Source: Gammaproteobacteria bacterium (GTDB lineage: Bacteria > Pseudomonadota > Gammaproteobacteria > Eutrophobiales > Eutrophobiaceae). Taken from it: DNA of 64,000 bases. The DNA is taken from positions 772,316-836,315 of the forward strand of contig CAXMWX010000005.1 in assembly GCA_963422205.2 (NCBI GenBank), in the 5' to 3' direction. Under the pieces are notes generated by a model. The model searched no databases and was not told the DNA's origin. It worked only from the letters and a program-made list of their open reading frames with translations. Shown here one piece after another: positions 35,601-47,600 of this stretch. The first letter of the stretch is position 1. Each line of letters begins with the position of its first letter. The translations under genes and the position numbers were made by a program.

Positions 35601-38600
35601 CGGGCTCACTATGTTTTTAGTGAATTTTTAGCCATACATACTCAAGCCCCTGCAACTGCACGCTTAGCATCGAGCAGTTAGCCTAGTTGGCATGTGTCGG
35701 CAATGGCAGGCCTGATTTTACAAGTATTAAAATAAGTGGAATCGATGTAAGCAGTAGCGAATTTAGGGGGGGTTCATTGTATAGGCCTACAATCAGACTT
35801 AGGCAAAGTACTCTCCAAATGTATTTAAATACAAATATGCCCCCCCCCCCCTTTTGACTACGCTTTTTAGTAAAAAAGAACAAAATTATGGTGCCCAGTG
35901 ATTGAAACATGTATGCCACACTCTTTTGATGGTTTCTGTAGCTTATGGCCAGGGGCGGATCCAGGGGGGTAAGATGAGGAGTATGCTTCCTCCACCAGCC
36001 ATTTTCAAAAATGTTTTTGATGTATACAATTTTCCCAGAATTTTCAACCTCTTCGATAGCGATAAGCGTTACGCCTGAAGCACGCATAATCGAAAATGTG
36101 CGAACAAAATGCATCATAATTGGCGAAGCTTTCAGAATTAGGATCAAAAAATTTAAACAAAATTTGCGTGAAAAGTATTCAAAAAGCACTAAAATAGCCA
36201 TTACAGCATTTAAATTTTCAAAAATTTTCCGGGGGAGCATGCCCCCGGACCCCCCTAGAGCTTTCATTGCTTCTCAATCAGCTTCAAATTAGCTCTGCCG
36301 AAAGAAACACACGAAAACACGCTTGAAAAAATTGTAGAAATTATGCCCCCCACCCTTTTTAAAATTTCTCGCTACGCCACTGGATGTAAGTCTGTATATA
36401 TGAAATACAACTGGATAAATCATAGGCCTTGAAGACTTACTAAATAAACGCTGTAAAAAACAATTCTACGACTAGTTTCGCGGTTTGACCACTCATCAAG
36501 TAGACTCAAGAAGACTCAGGTCCTGGGTTCAAAACCTGAGTCTACCTGATAAGCGGTCAAACCACGAAACTAGTCGTAGAATTGTTTTTACAGCGTTTAT
36601 TTAGTAAGTCTTCAAGGCCTATGATTTATCCAGTTGCATTTCATATATATAGACTTACATCGGCTCCACTTATTTCAATATCATTTTGTTGCAAAGGAAG
36701 GAGAAACTCGGCCGGGGCAACACACTGCAGGGCGCAGCAGATAAGAGTGTAAATTGTTTTAGTGGTTACCTCTTGACCTTTTTTTACGCTTTGTCGCATC
36801 ATTCTCAGAAACTCGCCATGAACAGCAGAAATCTTTTCTCAGAATGACAGCAAAGTTTAAACGTTAAAATTCACGTAGACAAATCGCCGCGTCATAAAAC
36901 GAAGCTACTAAACTGAGATGTGCAACGTGAGCGCGCTGCAGTTTGCAACACTTAAGCAGTTACAATCCCACAGCGTGAGAAACAAGACTATGCAAATGAG
37001 AATTGTGAAATAAAGTAAGATTAATCTTGGGACGCGAGTTCGAAGCTGAAACATAGCGCCCCTGAAAACGGAAAATAAAGTGACATTTCAACAAAACCAA
37101 AAGGTAAAAGCGTAACGAATCGCAAACATAAAACATATATAAAAAAAAACCTTCATAGTTTCTATGTACCCAAATTATAAGTGCGTAATAAAGTGTCACG
37201 AATAAGCGTATCAGCGAGTAAACTTGGATAGAAACAAGGTATGTTGTATTTACACACACAATAAAAAAGAATACATACTGTATAAACATGAAATCGGGCG
37301 ATTATTTTTGAAAACAAAAAGCACAAAATGACTTCATTTTCTAAACTGGGGCAATTTTAGAGAGGTCTCCAAGGATGTATTTAATCACTGTTTCACCGGA
37401 GTCTGGATTTCTAGCAAGAACAGCGACTGTGGCCCGCCTCACAATGTTACGCCCTTTACGGACTTGAGGGTGCAAGCAGTGAACCCTACCTAACCGGTAC
37501 GCTCCACGCTTCGACAAGTCTTCGGCATCACCGACAAGCACCAACTGACCGACGCTAAGATTATCACGAAGGGTTCTCCACTTGCCTCGACTTTGAAAAG
37601 CTGGAAGATAGCTTTTCATCCAACAGGACCAAAACTTTTGGGCAAGTGAAGCATTATAAAGAAAGTCCTGTCTGAGATAGCTTTTAAAGAGCAGTGTCCT
37701 TCCTGGCCTACCGCACGGGAAGTCGTCCTGACTTCCCGTCCGGTAGGCCAGGAAGGACACTGCTCTTTAGTTGCTTGCTCTTCACCCTGGCCACGTAAAG
37801 AGTTTGACTGGAATGGTGACGTAGCCACACGAGTGGATATGCGTACCACAAAGGTTAAATTCTTTAAGAATTATTTATCCGAAGGGATGAGTGATCCTGG
37901 CAAGATCATTCGTCCTGGAAGATGAATGTTTCTTACCTGAGGGCGGCTGATGAAGGCTAATAGCCAGAAACAGCGCTGTCTCGCTCTACGGTGCGGTATA
38001 CTGGAGTGCTTTGCACTGTTGGTGATGGAGTGCTGTTATAGCCTCTGACCCAACAAGCGGAAGTCGTCCTGACTTCCCGTCCGGTAGGCCAGGAAGGACA
38101 CTGCTCTTTAGTTGCTTGCTCTTCACCCTGGCCACGTAAAGAGTTTGACTGGAATGGTGACGTAGCCACACGAGTGGATATGCGTACCACAAAGGTTAAA
38201 TTCTTTAAGAATTATTTATCCGAAGGGATGAGTGATCCTGGAAAGAACATTCGTCCTGGAAGATGAATGTTTCTTACCTGAGGGCGGCTGATGAAGGCTA
38301 ATAACCAGAAACAGCGCTGTCTCGCTCTACGGTACGGTATACTGGAGTGCTTTGCACTGTTGGTGATGGAGTGCTGTTATAGCCTCTGACCCAACAAGCG
38401 GAAGTCGTCCTGACTTCCCGTCCGGTAGGCCAGGAAGGACACTGCTCTTTAGTTGCTTGCTCTTCACCCTGGCCACGTAAAGAGTTTGACTGGAATGGTG
38501 ACGTAGCCACACGAGTGGATATGCGTACCACAAAGGTTAAATTCTTTAAGAATTATTTATCCGAAGGGATGAGTGATCCTGGCAAGAACACCGTCCTGGA

Positions 38601-41600
38601 AGATGAATGTTTCTTACCTGAGGGCGGCTGATGAAGGCTATTAGCCAGAAACAGCGCTGTCTCGCTCTACGGTGTGATAGCTTTTATCATGAAATGTACT
38701 AATAGGAGTATTAGGCGCCAAATGCTGGCCTAAAAAACATGAAGGAGTAAGTGGTTTTTATCAGTGGGCTTTTCGCTCAGAGTGGTTAGGGGACGATCGT
38801 TTGCTATTCTCACGGCGTCTGAAACAAACGTTTGAAGCTCGATTGTAGAGGGCTTGCGTCGTACTTCCCCATGATGTAACGCATTTTTGATTAGTTTTAC
38901 CATACTTTTCCAGCTGCCGGCCTGGGAAGATGCGTATTCGCACCCAGTTGGTGTTACGCCGGCGCAGGGAATTATGAAATTCAGTAGAATCAATAATTAA
39001 AGGCAGCTGCTTTTCAGCAGCACAAAACGTTTTGCCATTATCTGAAAAGAAAGTGTCCACCGGCCCTTTTAAATTGGTGAATCTAGAAAAGGCTAAAACA
39101 AAACCGTTCAAATCCATGCTTGTCTATTTCAACATGTACACGAGTGAACAAACAAGTGAATAGGATGCCCCAAATTTTACATAAATTCCTGTTTTGTTTG
39201 CAAAGAAACGGACCAAAATAATCAGTGCCGCAAAACTTAAATGATTTATTGACAGCAGTGACCCGAAAAGACGAAAGGTTTGACATCAGCGTCGTCGAAC
39301 AGGTTTGACTTTGTCAAGTGCACATTTACCGCGTTCTGTTAAGCCGCTTGACGCTGGAGATGCCAGAGTCGATAACATTACCTTTGAACCAAATAATTTG
39401 AAAAAGATCATGTTGTGCTCTTGGAAGAGACACCTGAAAGAAACACTTGCTCAAATCAGCAATGCAAGCGTATCTTCCTAACCGAAAACGGATGAGAATC
39501 TTTATCAAATTATTTAAAAGGTTAGCACAACCTAAAACAGCTTGATTCAAAGACATACCGCTGTGCAAGGCAGCGCCATCATACACAACTCAAGCCTTTT
39601 CTTGCTTAGTGCCGGAGAAAGGAAGGTACCATTTGGGGCCACTAGAAGAGTTTTTTTCCACCGGAACAATCCATTCCTCGTCAATAAGCTCGCCAAAAGT
39701 ATCAGTTAACCACCTTTTTTAAATCAAAATTTTTTAAGGCTGAGCGGCGCATCGACACAATGCGGTCTAAAACATTCCGATAATTATTAGGTAGTTGTTC
39801 CACGATCGCCATATTGAGAGGCACTGGAATCCCATAACGATTATCAACAACTTTAATTTCACTTTTAACAATCTCTTTAGCCCTCTCATCGTTTCCTGAG
39901 GGCTGTAATGCCTCGTTATCTAGGCTCGATTCCCGCAAAGACTGTTTCAAATCGGCAACCTCTCTTTTAAGTTTAACGCAGCAATCCTCAATACAATCAC
40001 AATTAGCATTTAAGTTCACTTTTAAGCTGGTATATGCGCTAGTGGCGGAAGGAACACGTCCAACCATTGCCGGCAAGAGGACCAAGTTTCGTCAAAACAT
40101 AATTAGGTTTATTCGGGTCCAAATTCTCATTCTCATGCAAAACAGTAAGCAGACCTTTGTCCGTCAGACCGATCAACACGTCGATGCATTTGCGCTCAGA
40201 AATAGTCGAGATTTCAACATCATTAAAGTTGTCTAATCCTGCCACATCAACTGAGTGAGGAAGACTGCTTTCATCATCAGTAAAGTTAGAAACAACCAAA
40301 GCATTTTTAACAGAAAATTGCCTCCAGTGTAAAGAGATTCTAAACTGAAGTCTGTCCGACCCTCAGTGGTCGCGGTTTGGCCAGTCAAGATTTTAATGAT
40401 ATCAGTGGGGTCGCTCACAGTTTCAAGATGAAGTTCATTTTTTAGCCCTTCAGATATGAGGGTGGGTTGTGACGCGGTGTCGTGCTGTGCATAAGCTGGG
40501 GTTGATCTGCCCATTACTGGGTTAATCGCCCTCACAACACTAGTACGCAAAAGAACAACACTTTTAGTAGTGTCACTATGGTCTGAGATTTAAAAATACT
40601 GACCTTTTGTATGTTATCGCTAGTGTGTTTTCCATCTTCTCCATTAGGAGAAGGCGCACCAGATGCTGAACCCTGTCTTCCACCACAATCGCCCCGGGCA
40701 CCTGCAGAAGCAGGAAGCTCGAACCAATCGTGCAGTACCGCGTAGTGTTTTCTACTGCAGCTAGGTCCACACTGACGACATTTAGATGGTTGTTTACATT
40801 TACGAGCAATATGTCCCCGTAACAAACAATTTAAACAGCGGTTAGAATCCACAACAGTTTTACGTCTAATGTGTGGAGTAAATGAATTAAACTTATTGCA
40901 GTCAGCGTAAAAATGTCAACTTTTATTGTTATCACGAACAAAACAAAGTGGAGGAAGCCTCAGATTCGAATAGTTTTGGTTATTCGAGTTCTCCATAGAT
41001 CGTTCCGGTCCAGAGTTTATGTGGCTAGATCGTAGCCCCTCTTCAGACAAAACCACCTGGCGAACACAAACTTGATTATTTTTTGCGTCCCCTAGATCGA
41101 GCGTCCAGCGACTTACCTTAGTCATCGCTCCCAAAAAAGGTCTGAGCATAATCGGATGTTGACACACTCAGCTCGTGCGTCACGAAACTTTTCAAAGCGT
41201 CAAAAACTGGGCGATTTTTGTCGGACCCGATTTTTGTCAAATAGTCCAAATAATGTCTCTTTAAAAAGTTGAGCAATCGATTAACCGAATCTAGCGTAAG
41301 CTGGCCAGACAGTTTCTCAAGTTCGTTATAAGCATAGGCGTACACCTCAAGTAAGTTTAACTCCTCATCAAAGGATTTTAAAGAAGCAGTTTTAAAGGAG
41401 ATCGAAGGGTCGTGACGGATTTCTCTTACTTTAGGCTCTAAAGTAAGTCCGGCAGGAACACCGTATCTCTCCTTCAAACGTGCCAACGCTTTCTCAAATC
41501 ACTGAGACGTCGTCATAGCCTGCATGGGAGCGAAAAACAAGTTAACTATTTCCCTTGGCTCACCCACACAGGACGCTCCTAGATCTTTGAAGCGTCGCTC

Positions 41601-44600
41601 AGGGTATGGAATTTCGTCCATAAGACGCCGAATTTGATTTTCGTAAAACACGAAAGCCGTATTCGTTCCGTCATATGCGATCTTAGAGGCCAAGTTTGCA
41701 TATTTGTTTCTCCCTTGTCTGTCAAGATAAGTCTGCATTGCCGACTCACAGACCAAAGAGTTAGTAGGTACATTAGCAGGAACGCACAAAATATTATCAT
41801 TGGATTTAGCAAATAAAATATCGTTATGACTATTAGTCAATAATGCTACATCATTAGCTTTAGCATTCGCGCGAGCACAGCTGTTGGCCAACACAATCTC
41901 TTTAGCGGTAGGATTAAATGCGGTTTTACATTGTCTCTCCCCAAGTTTAGCATTAGCAGGTTCATAAACAGCAAGATCGCAACTTCGACAGGTAAGCGAA
42001 GTTTCATGCAAAGGTTTTCTTTCAACCCTTTGAACATAGTTTTTGGCAAGTTTACGTGGTTTGGTAACATGGTAGTCTAGTGAGCTAATGTTTTTCAGCT
42101 CCGTAGTTTTCGGTTTAGCGGCAGTATTTATTGCGGTTTTTGAACAACAGCTTTCAGAACTTCGCTAGCTAGTCACCAACGAATCACGCTCAGAGCAAGT
42201 AAGCAATTTTTTTCTGCGTCTAACGCAGCCTGTTCCAAGCGCGGTTTAGCCAAAGCTTCGGCTTCTTCAGCCAGAACTTTTATTTTAGCTTTTTGCAATT
42301 CATGCTTTATTTCAAGATTAGCGCGTCTTTTATATATTTCGATTTGTTGCATGGTAGACCGGTTCGAAACTCTGATTAGATCACTAATTCCACCGGATAC
42401 TTGAGAAGCGCTGTCCGAGGGTTCAATGTTGCATCCATTATCATTATTTTCATTAGTTTCGCTAGCTTTAAGTTTATCGTGGCTCTCAGAAAAATACACC
42501 TTTTAAGAAAGATGTTAACTTAATTGTATTGGGTCAACTTTGGCTACAAAACTTTCGACCCAAAGTTTTTCGGTTAGAACGGTGTTGGCATAATTGTATT
42601 GAATCAACTTTGGCTGCGACGATTTTTAATATTAAGTTTTGACCCAAACTTTTTCGGTAAGAAAGATGTTGATCTAATGGTATTGGGTCAACTTGTCTCT
42701 TGTACCCAAAAAGAAATTGCTCTACCCAATATTTCATAGCGACCCAATTATTTTGACATTAAGTGTTTGGGTCAAAGGCCAATGACTAAGAAGTATTGGG
42801 TTGGCTCGACCCAAAAACTTTGACAGTGTAGATGGCTCAACATATATTCACTTTCAAGTTCGTCGAAACGGTTCATACACTGATCGTACTTACCGCAAAT
42901 TTCATCCGAGAGTAACCGGAGCCATTTGGAATCATTCATGTCGTTTATTGCCTCGCGATGTTGTGAATACGCCAAACGCAAGTCAACGCACTTTGAAATT
43001 TGTTCAGAGAATTTTTCATTGCTGCGACTAGACTTTAGGGCATTATTTAAACTTTTAATGTCAACCAGTAATCGCATGCGTACAGAGTCAGTAGCTTGCG
43101 GCCAGCGCGATCCTGTGCGATAGCGTGAGCCTCATTAGTCTCGGTAAGAGGATCAGCCGGCGACCCCTCCAAGTCACCAGGACCCTCAAAATCACTTGAT
43201 TAAATTTGCATTTCAGTCACAAACGTCCTTCCACTAGCCCTCTACTTGGGGAACAAGTATGAAAAGACTTTTCGGTCTCAACATCCGAAAGTGCATGTGC
43301 CAGAGCACTCGAATGAAGCCATCTCACTTAACCGTTAAACCGTACTCATGGCCTCAACAAAAAAATTAGCTGAAAACTATTTTTTAAATTTGCTAGGAAT
43401 CATACTAGCAAAAATATAGATTGCAACCCAACCAAATTTTTAATATAGATGGAGCTAGTATCACATGTGTCCACAAACCTGTAAAAATACTGGCCCAGAA
43501 AGGAAAGCACTCTGTTTTTTCTGCCACAAGTGGGGAAAGAGGCGTAACAACAACCATCATGGCATGCTCTAATGCAGCTGGTACTTAAGTCCCCCCAATG
43601 ATGATCTTCAAATTGTGGGGCTATTAAAAGTTTCTTAAATTGATCCCAAATCACTCCCAAAGTTTGTTTTGGCTGCCTTGACTTATGGTTAAGTCTAAGG
43701 TGAAAGCGTAAATTGTTTTGTCATTATCTTTTTGAAGTACCGGTATTGTTTTTTGTTGTAAGTTGCAAATTTTACTGAGGATTCAATCAGGTTTTTATCA
43801 GCTATATCCCGTAGCGCAGCTAGGGGGAAGGGGTTGCAGCCCTCCCTCATTGTTATGTCAACTATTTGCACTTGAATAGTGCTTGCAAATTAATGCACCG
43901 TCGTTTTCGTCAGTAGCACAGCTGGGGGGGGGGGGGGGCTGAATTATCCCCATCCGTTATATTAGTATGCCAAACCATCTGCTGTAACTTTGGATGATGC
44001 TTACAAACTGCTGCACCATTGTTATCGTCACTAGCGTAGCTAGCGAAGGGGAAACTTCAGCTCTCCCACACCCACTAGTATGTTTCTCTAATTTTGAAAA
44101 GCATTATTTCCCTAATTTTTTGTCACATTACATTTTGCCTATCAGTATTTACAAGCCTACAATTACTGCATATATTTTACATGGGAGCTAAGAAAAGTAC
44201 TTCAAAGCAGCAATCATTGTGACATTAAATTGATGAGGCATGAGGTTACTTCTCTACTTTTCGCCATAGAGCAGTACTTCTCGATCAGTGGGTAGGAAGA
44301 GCTCTTAACAGAGAACCGCAAACCATTCCAAAGTTTCTAAAGTTGGAATACTAAAAATTAAGGCTGGGTTAGCCTAGAGCAGAAGTTGATATAATTTATA
44401 TTGATGAAAGGTTTTTCAGATCTGATAGAGGGACCCAGATACATTTTTTGTAAAAGTAGAGAGTGGGTAGAAAATGATGGGGAGCACTGCATTAGAGTCT
44501 TATCCAAAATATTTAAGTAGCCTGTGATAGACTTTTTTGAGGTTAGAGCCTCGTTATCTTTTCACAGTTCCCACTTCACACTATGGCTGCAAATTATTTT

Positions 44601-47600
44601 TCAACCACCTTTCAACATAAGACGATTTAATCGACAGATTAAAAAGTATGAGCAGTCTAGTTTTTGTTTTGTCGTATTACCGATAGTTTAACTCTAACAG
44701 GCTATGCATAAAGCCAAATAAGTCACTCCACCCGAGCTGCGAATCAACAAGAATGCATCCAATATTGCAGCTACAGTCTGCTCTGCAGCATAACATACTG
44801 TAACAGCTGTATGTTCAATATAGTATATAAATCATACAATGTCAGAGCATTTTGTGTTTGTATAATACATAATATATAAGACATTGTTACAGCACAGTTA
44901 AACGCACTAAAATTTACTTTTTTTTTTGTAAAAAATAAAAAAAATTTCAGCGGTTGGGGGCTCAGCCCCCAGATTCCCGACACAGTCTCACCATTGCGAA
45001 ATCCTGGCTACGCGCCTGGCAGCCTGGCTATGTCCATCTAGATTGAATTTGGCCTATTGCTAAAAAGTTTATTGTTGGCTGTACTGCTTGATTAAATTTT
45101 TGAGATTGAGACTATTTTTGATTGTTTTAAGCTTCAAATTGTTTCGTGTGTATTGCATGTTGAAAAAATAAAATCTGTTTCTGTTACATTCTTTTTGATT
45201 TTCTTAAAAAACACAGGTCCGATTTTGATTAAATTCTTTCCAAAACGATAAACTTTAGAGTTAGATTGACCCCTGTTTACAAGCAATTTTCTTTACTTAA
45301 GTTGCCAAATATATTATATATGCAACGGAAATCTGTAAATTTTTCTACCGATTTATAATCAAGAGACTGCCCAAACGCTTCGATGACTATTTTGTTATTC
45401 CCTCAAATATTCATAGACACCCAACTGATTATGCACCGGATAATAACTTCTCTATACGTTGAGCTAACAAATCTACAACTAAAAGATCCATTAAAATAGC
45501 TGGTGTTAAAGTCTGGAATGGTTTGCCGACAGCTTTAAAAAAACCTACAAAAAACAGCAAGCACACATTCAATAACTATATTAAAAAACATTTTATAGAT
45601 CAACGATCAGATGTAACTGTTTTTTGTTCTAGAGTTTACATATTTATTCTTTCTTGCAGCGTTTGTGTAATATAATGTTAATAGTGTATAGTGTAGGCCT
45701 ACTACTTTCATGTAATGTAATTTTTATTCTTTTTATGTCTTCTACTTTTTCTTTTTTCTTCTTTGCTTTGTTGTTCTACTGTTGTAATTTTACGTTGATT
45801 AACATTCTCGAGGAAATGAGAGGCTGCATACTCGGCAACCGCGCCAATTTCTTTCGTGGAATTGGACCAAAGGTCTTTCGCAGCCTTTCATTGAAAAGCT
45901 ATATATATTATTAAATGTGTAAGTACGAGTTACTATCTATTTATCGCTTTTCAAAAATAAATGCTGTGATCTGTTCTGATTTGCCATAAGCTTGTTTATC
46001 ACTTGCTATTAGATGAAATCGTGAAGCCCTGTTTACATCTACCGGTATAAAGAGGAAGCTGGTAGTAAATTAAAATTGATACTGTTATCTATGAAGAAAG
46101 CACATGTTGTAGTACCACTCAAGGGAATTGTTTTCAACCGTTTTGATGATCCATATAAGGGTGACCTGTTTTGCCCCGCCTACGGAATAAAATAGGTTAG
46201 CATACCACCTAGCATAAAAAGTTGTTTAAGACCTGAACTACTATCTCTTTTTTTAAATGCGTGCTGTTACAAACATGAAGGTCCACTGCAGACATTCCAT
46301 TAAAAAAAAGGGATTTCTTATCGGTTTTTGATTAGCTGTGAGCGATTGCGTCAAAAATGCGACTTATTTTGCCCCGTATTACCCTAATTCGTCCAGCATA
46401 AATGGACCTCAAAAAGTAGCCTATGGGCAGAGATGGGCAAGATCGTTGGTTTAGTGACAGAGCCGGCGGCAGAGCAGTCGACTTAGGAGCGCCAAGCGTT
46501 TATCAGGGGGGGGGGGGGGGGGGTAAAAGTTTGAAATTAAGCACAGAAGCCGCTGTCTTCAAAAGAGTAAGCTTGTTGATAGGGGGAGCCAAGCATGTCG
46601 ATTGGGGGGCCAGGCCCTCCCTTGGCACCGGCCCTGTTTAGTGATCTTGCGTGTCAATACTTTGGTTGGTTTTCTGAATCACCCTCAACTTTGAACTTAA
46701 CAGAATTACCCTCAACTTTGAAATTAACAGATTCTATTTGAATAAGATGACTGACGATCACCTATAAGGTCGAAATCGATTTTATCTTTGATTGGATTTT
46801 ATTACACTTTTATTAAATTTTTTTGAAACTGGTTTTTTAGCTAAGAAATACGTGAGAGATCTATTCACGATACGACTGCGTAGAAACCGCTTCAATTTTG
46901 TCATGATTCTATTTGAATAAGATGACTCACGGTGACCTACAAGGTCGAAATCAATTTTTTCTTTGATTGGATTTTATTACACTTTTATTAAATTTTATCT
47001 GAGGCTTTTTTTAGCTAAGAAATACCCGAGAGATTTGATCTTGCGTGTCATCTGCAAAGATGACTGTGATAAATTGCGAGAATTGAGGTATATCGTTAAT
47101 ATACTTAAAAAATGTACAGAATGCTGAGGGTCCTAAACGTATCATCGTAGAATACTATTGTGGTTCGTAAAAAATTACCACAACACTGTCCATCTTGCAG
47201 TCTGTTAAAGATAGATTAAGTAGGTTAGGTCCATCAATAAAAGTCTTGTATCATGGATACCGATGTGGCACAGTACAGTAGATTAAAACTTCGTTTACTA
47301 CGGCCATGACTGCTGTCACAAAATTGCAGCGGAACTCTCACCCAAGCTTTGCAGCTGTTCCCTTTGATAAAAAGCTTATGGGCTAGCGTGTTCAATTTAA
47401 CTAGTCTAGAAAGATTTTGCATTACGTCCATCGAATGAATGCTAATGCAAGCTATACCATTAAATAAGTGATGTATAATACGTAATCGTGTTTCATGAAT
47501 TTTGCTTAGGAAAGTTTTAGAGTGTTTTTGATTAATCCTTGCCTTCTTCTTTACCTAATACCATCACTGCTAGCTTTAAGCCATTTTTGTCAGAAACAAT

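Larger units (their letters stand above)
35439..36678 (-). mobile_element. Non-coding retrozyme-like element with tRNA-like head, three hammerheads and 5' inversion, interrupted by a MITE (35752-36382, TSD GATGTAAG)
   Basis: 11-bp TSD TATCATTTTGT (35428-35438, 36679-36689); two direct repeats on the minus strand and one inverted repeat; unit length 326 nt after removing the MITE and one TSD. Confidence 0.8.
37687..38675 (+). mobile_element. Non-LTR retrozyme-like insertion: ~2.8 tandem 341-nt non-coding units with three hammerheads, inside the BEL integrase
   Basis: 11-bp TSD GATAGCTTTTA (37676-37686, 38676-38686); removal restores the BEL frame FHDKSYLRQD; units nearly identical; 40-bp fold-back at the 5' end. 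Confidence 0.88.
36960..43360 (-). mobile_element. Decayed BEL/Pao LTR retrotransposon with most of RT/RNase H deleted
   Basis: Gag knuckles CLNCLLRGHIARKC...CRQC...HYAVLH; RT start SLNQAV...RFRLGRYACIADLSKCFFQV; integrase GTDYFGPF, SDNG; C-terminal FWSCWMKSYLP...GQLVLV; PPT-like AGGGGCGCTA then TG at 37053. The 5' LTR was not found and outer limits are approximate. Confidence 0.85.

Noticed and set aside
35545-35606. Functional tRNA genes at the tRNA-like heads (also ~13452, ~31447, ~48796)
   Set aside because: No complete cloverleaf or acceptor stem; they continue into repeated element bodies.
35683-36292. 194-aa and 93-aa ORFs, plus similar ORFs at 2051-2509, 3117-3413 and 27696-28235
   Set aside because: Chance frames in the repeated non-coding MITE; not preserved between copies.
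37616-38533. Repeated 68-77 aa minus-strand ORFs in the 341-nt units
   Set aside because: Non-ATG starts, no recognisable domain, antisense to the ribozymes; their identity just reflects the tandem repeat. No opposite-polarity ribozyme was seen either.
37718-38675. Tandem repeat read as a CRISPR array or as BEL LTRs
   Set aside because: No unique spacers, eukaryotic context, and it interrupts the integrase frame with its own TSD.
35428-38686. Selection against sense-oriented intronic hammerheads in the Bf gene
   Set aside because: The sense copies are damaged, but so is the antisense copy of the same element; too few cases to conclude.
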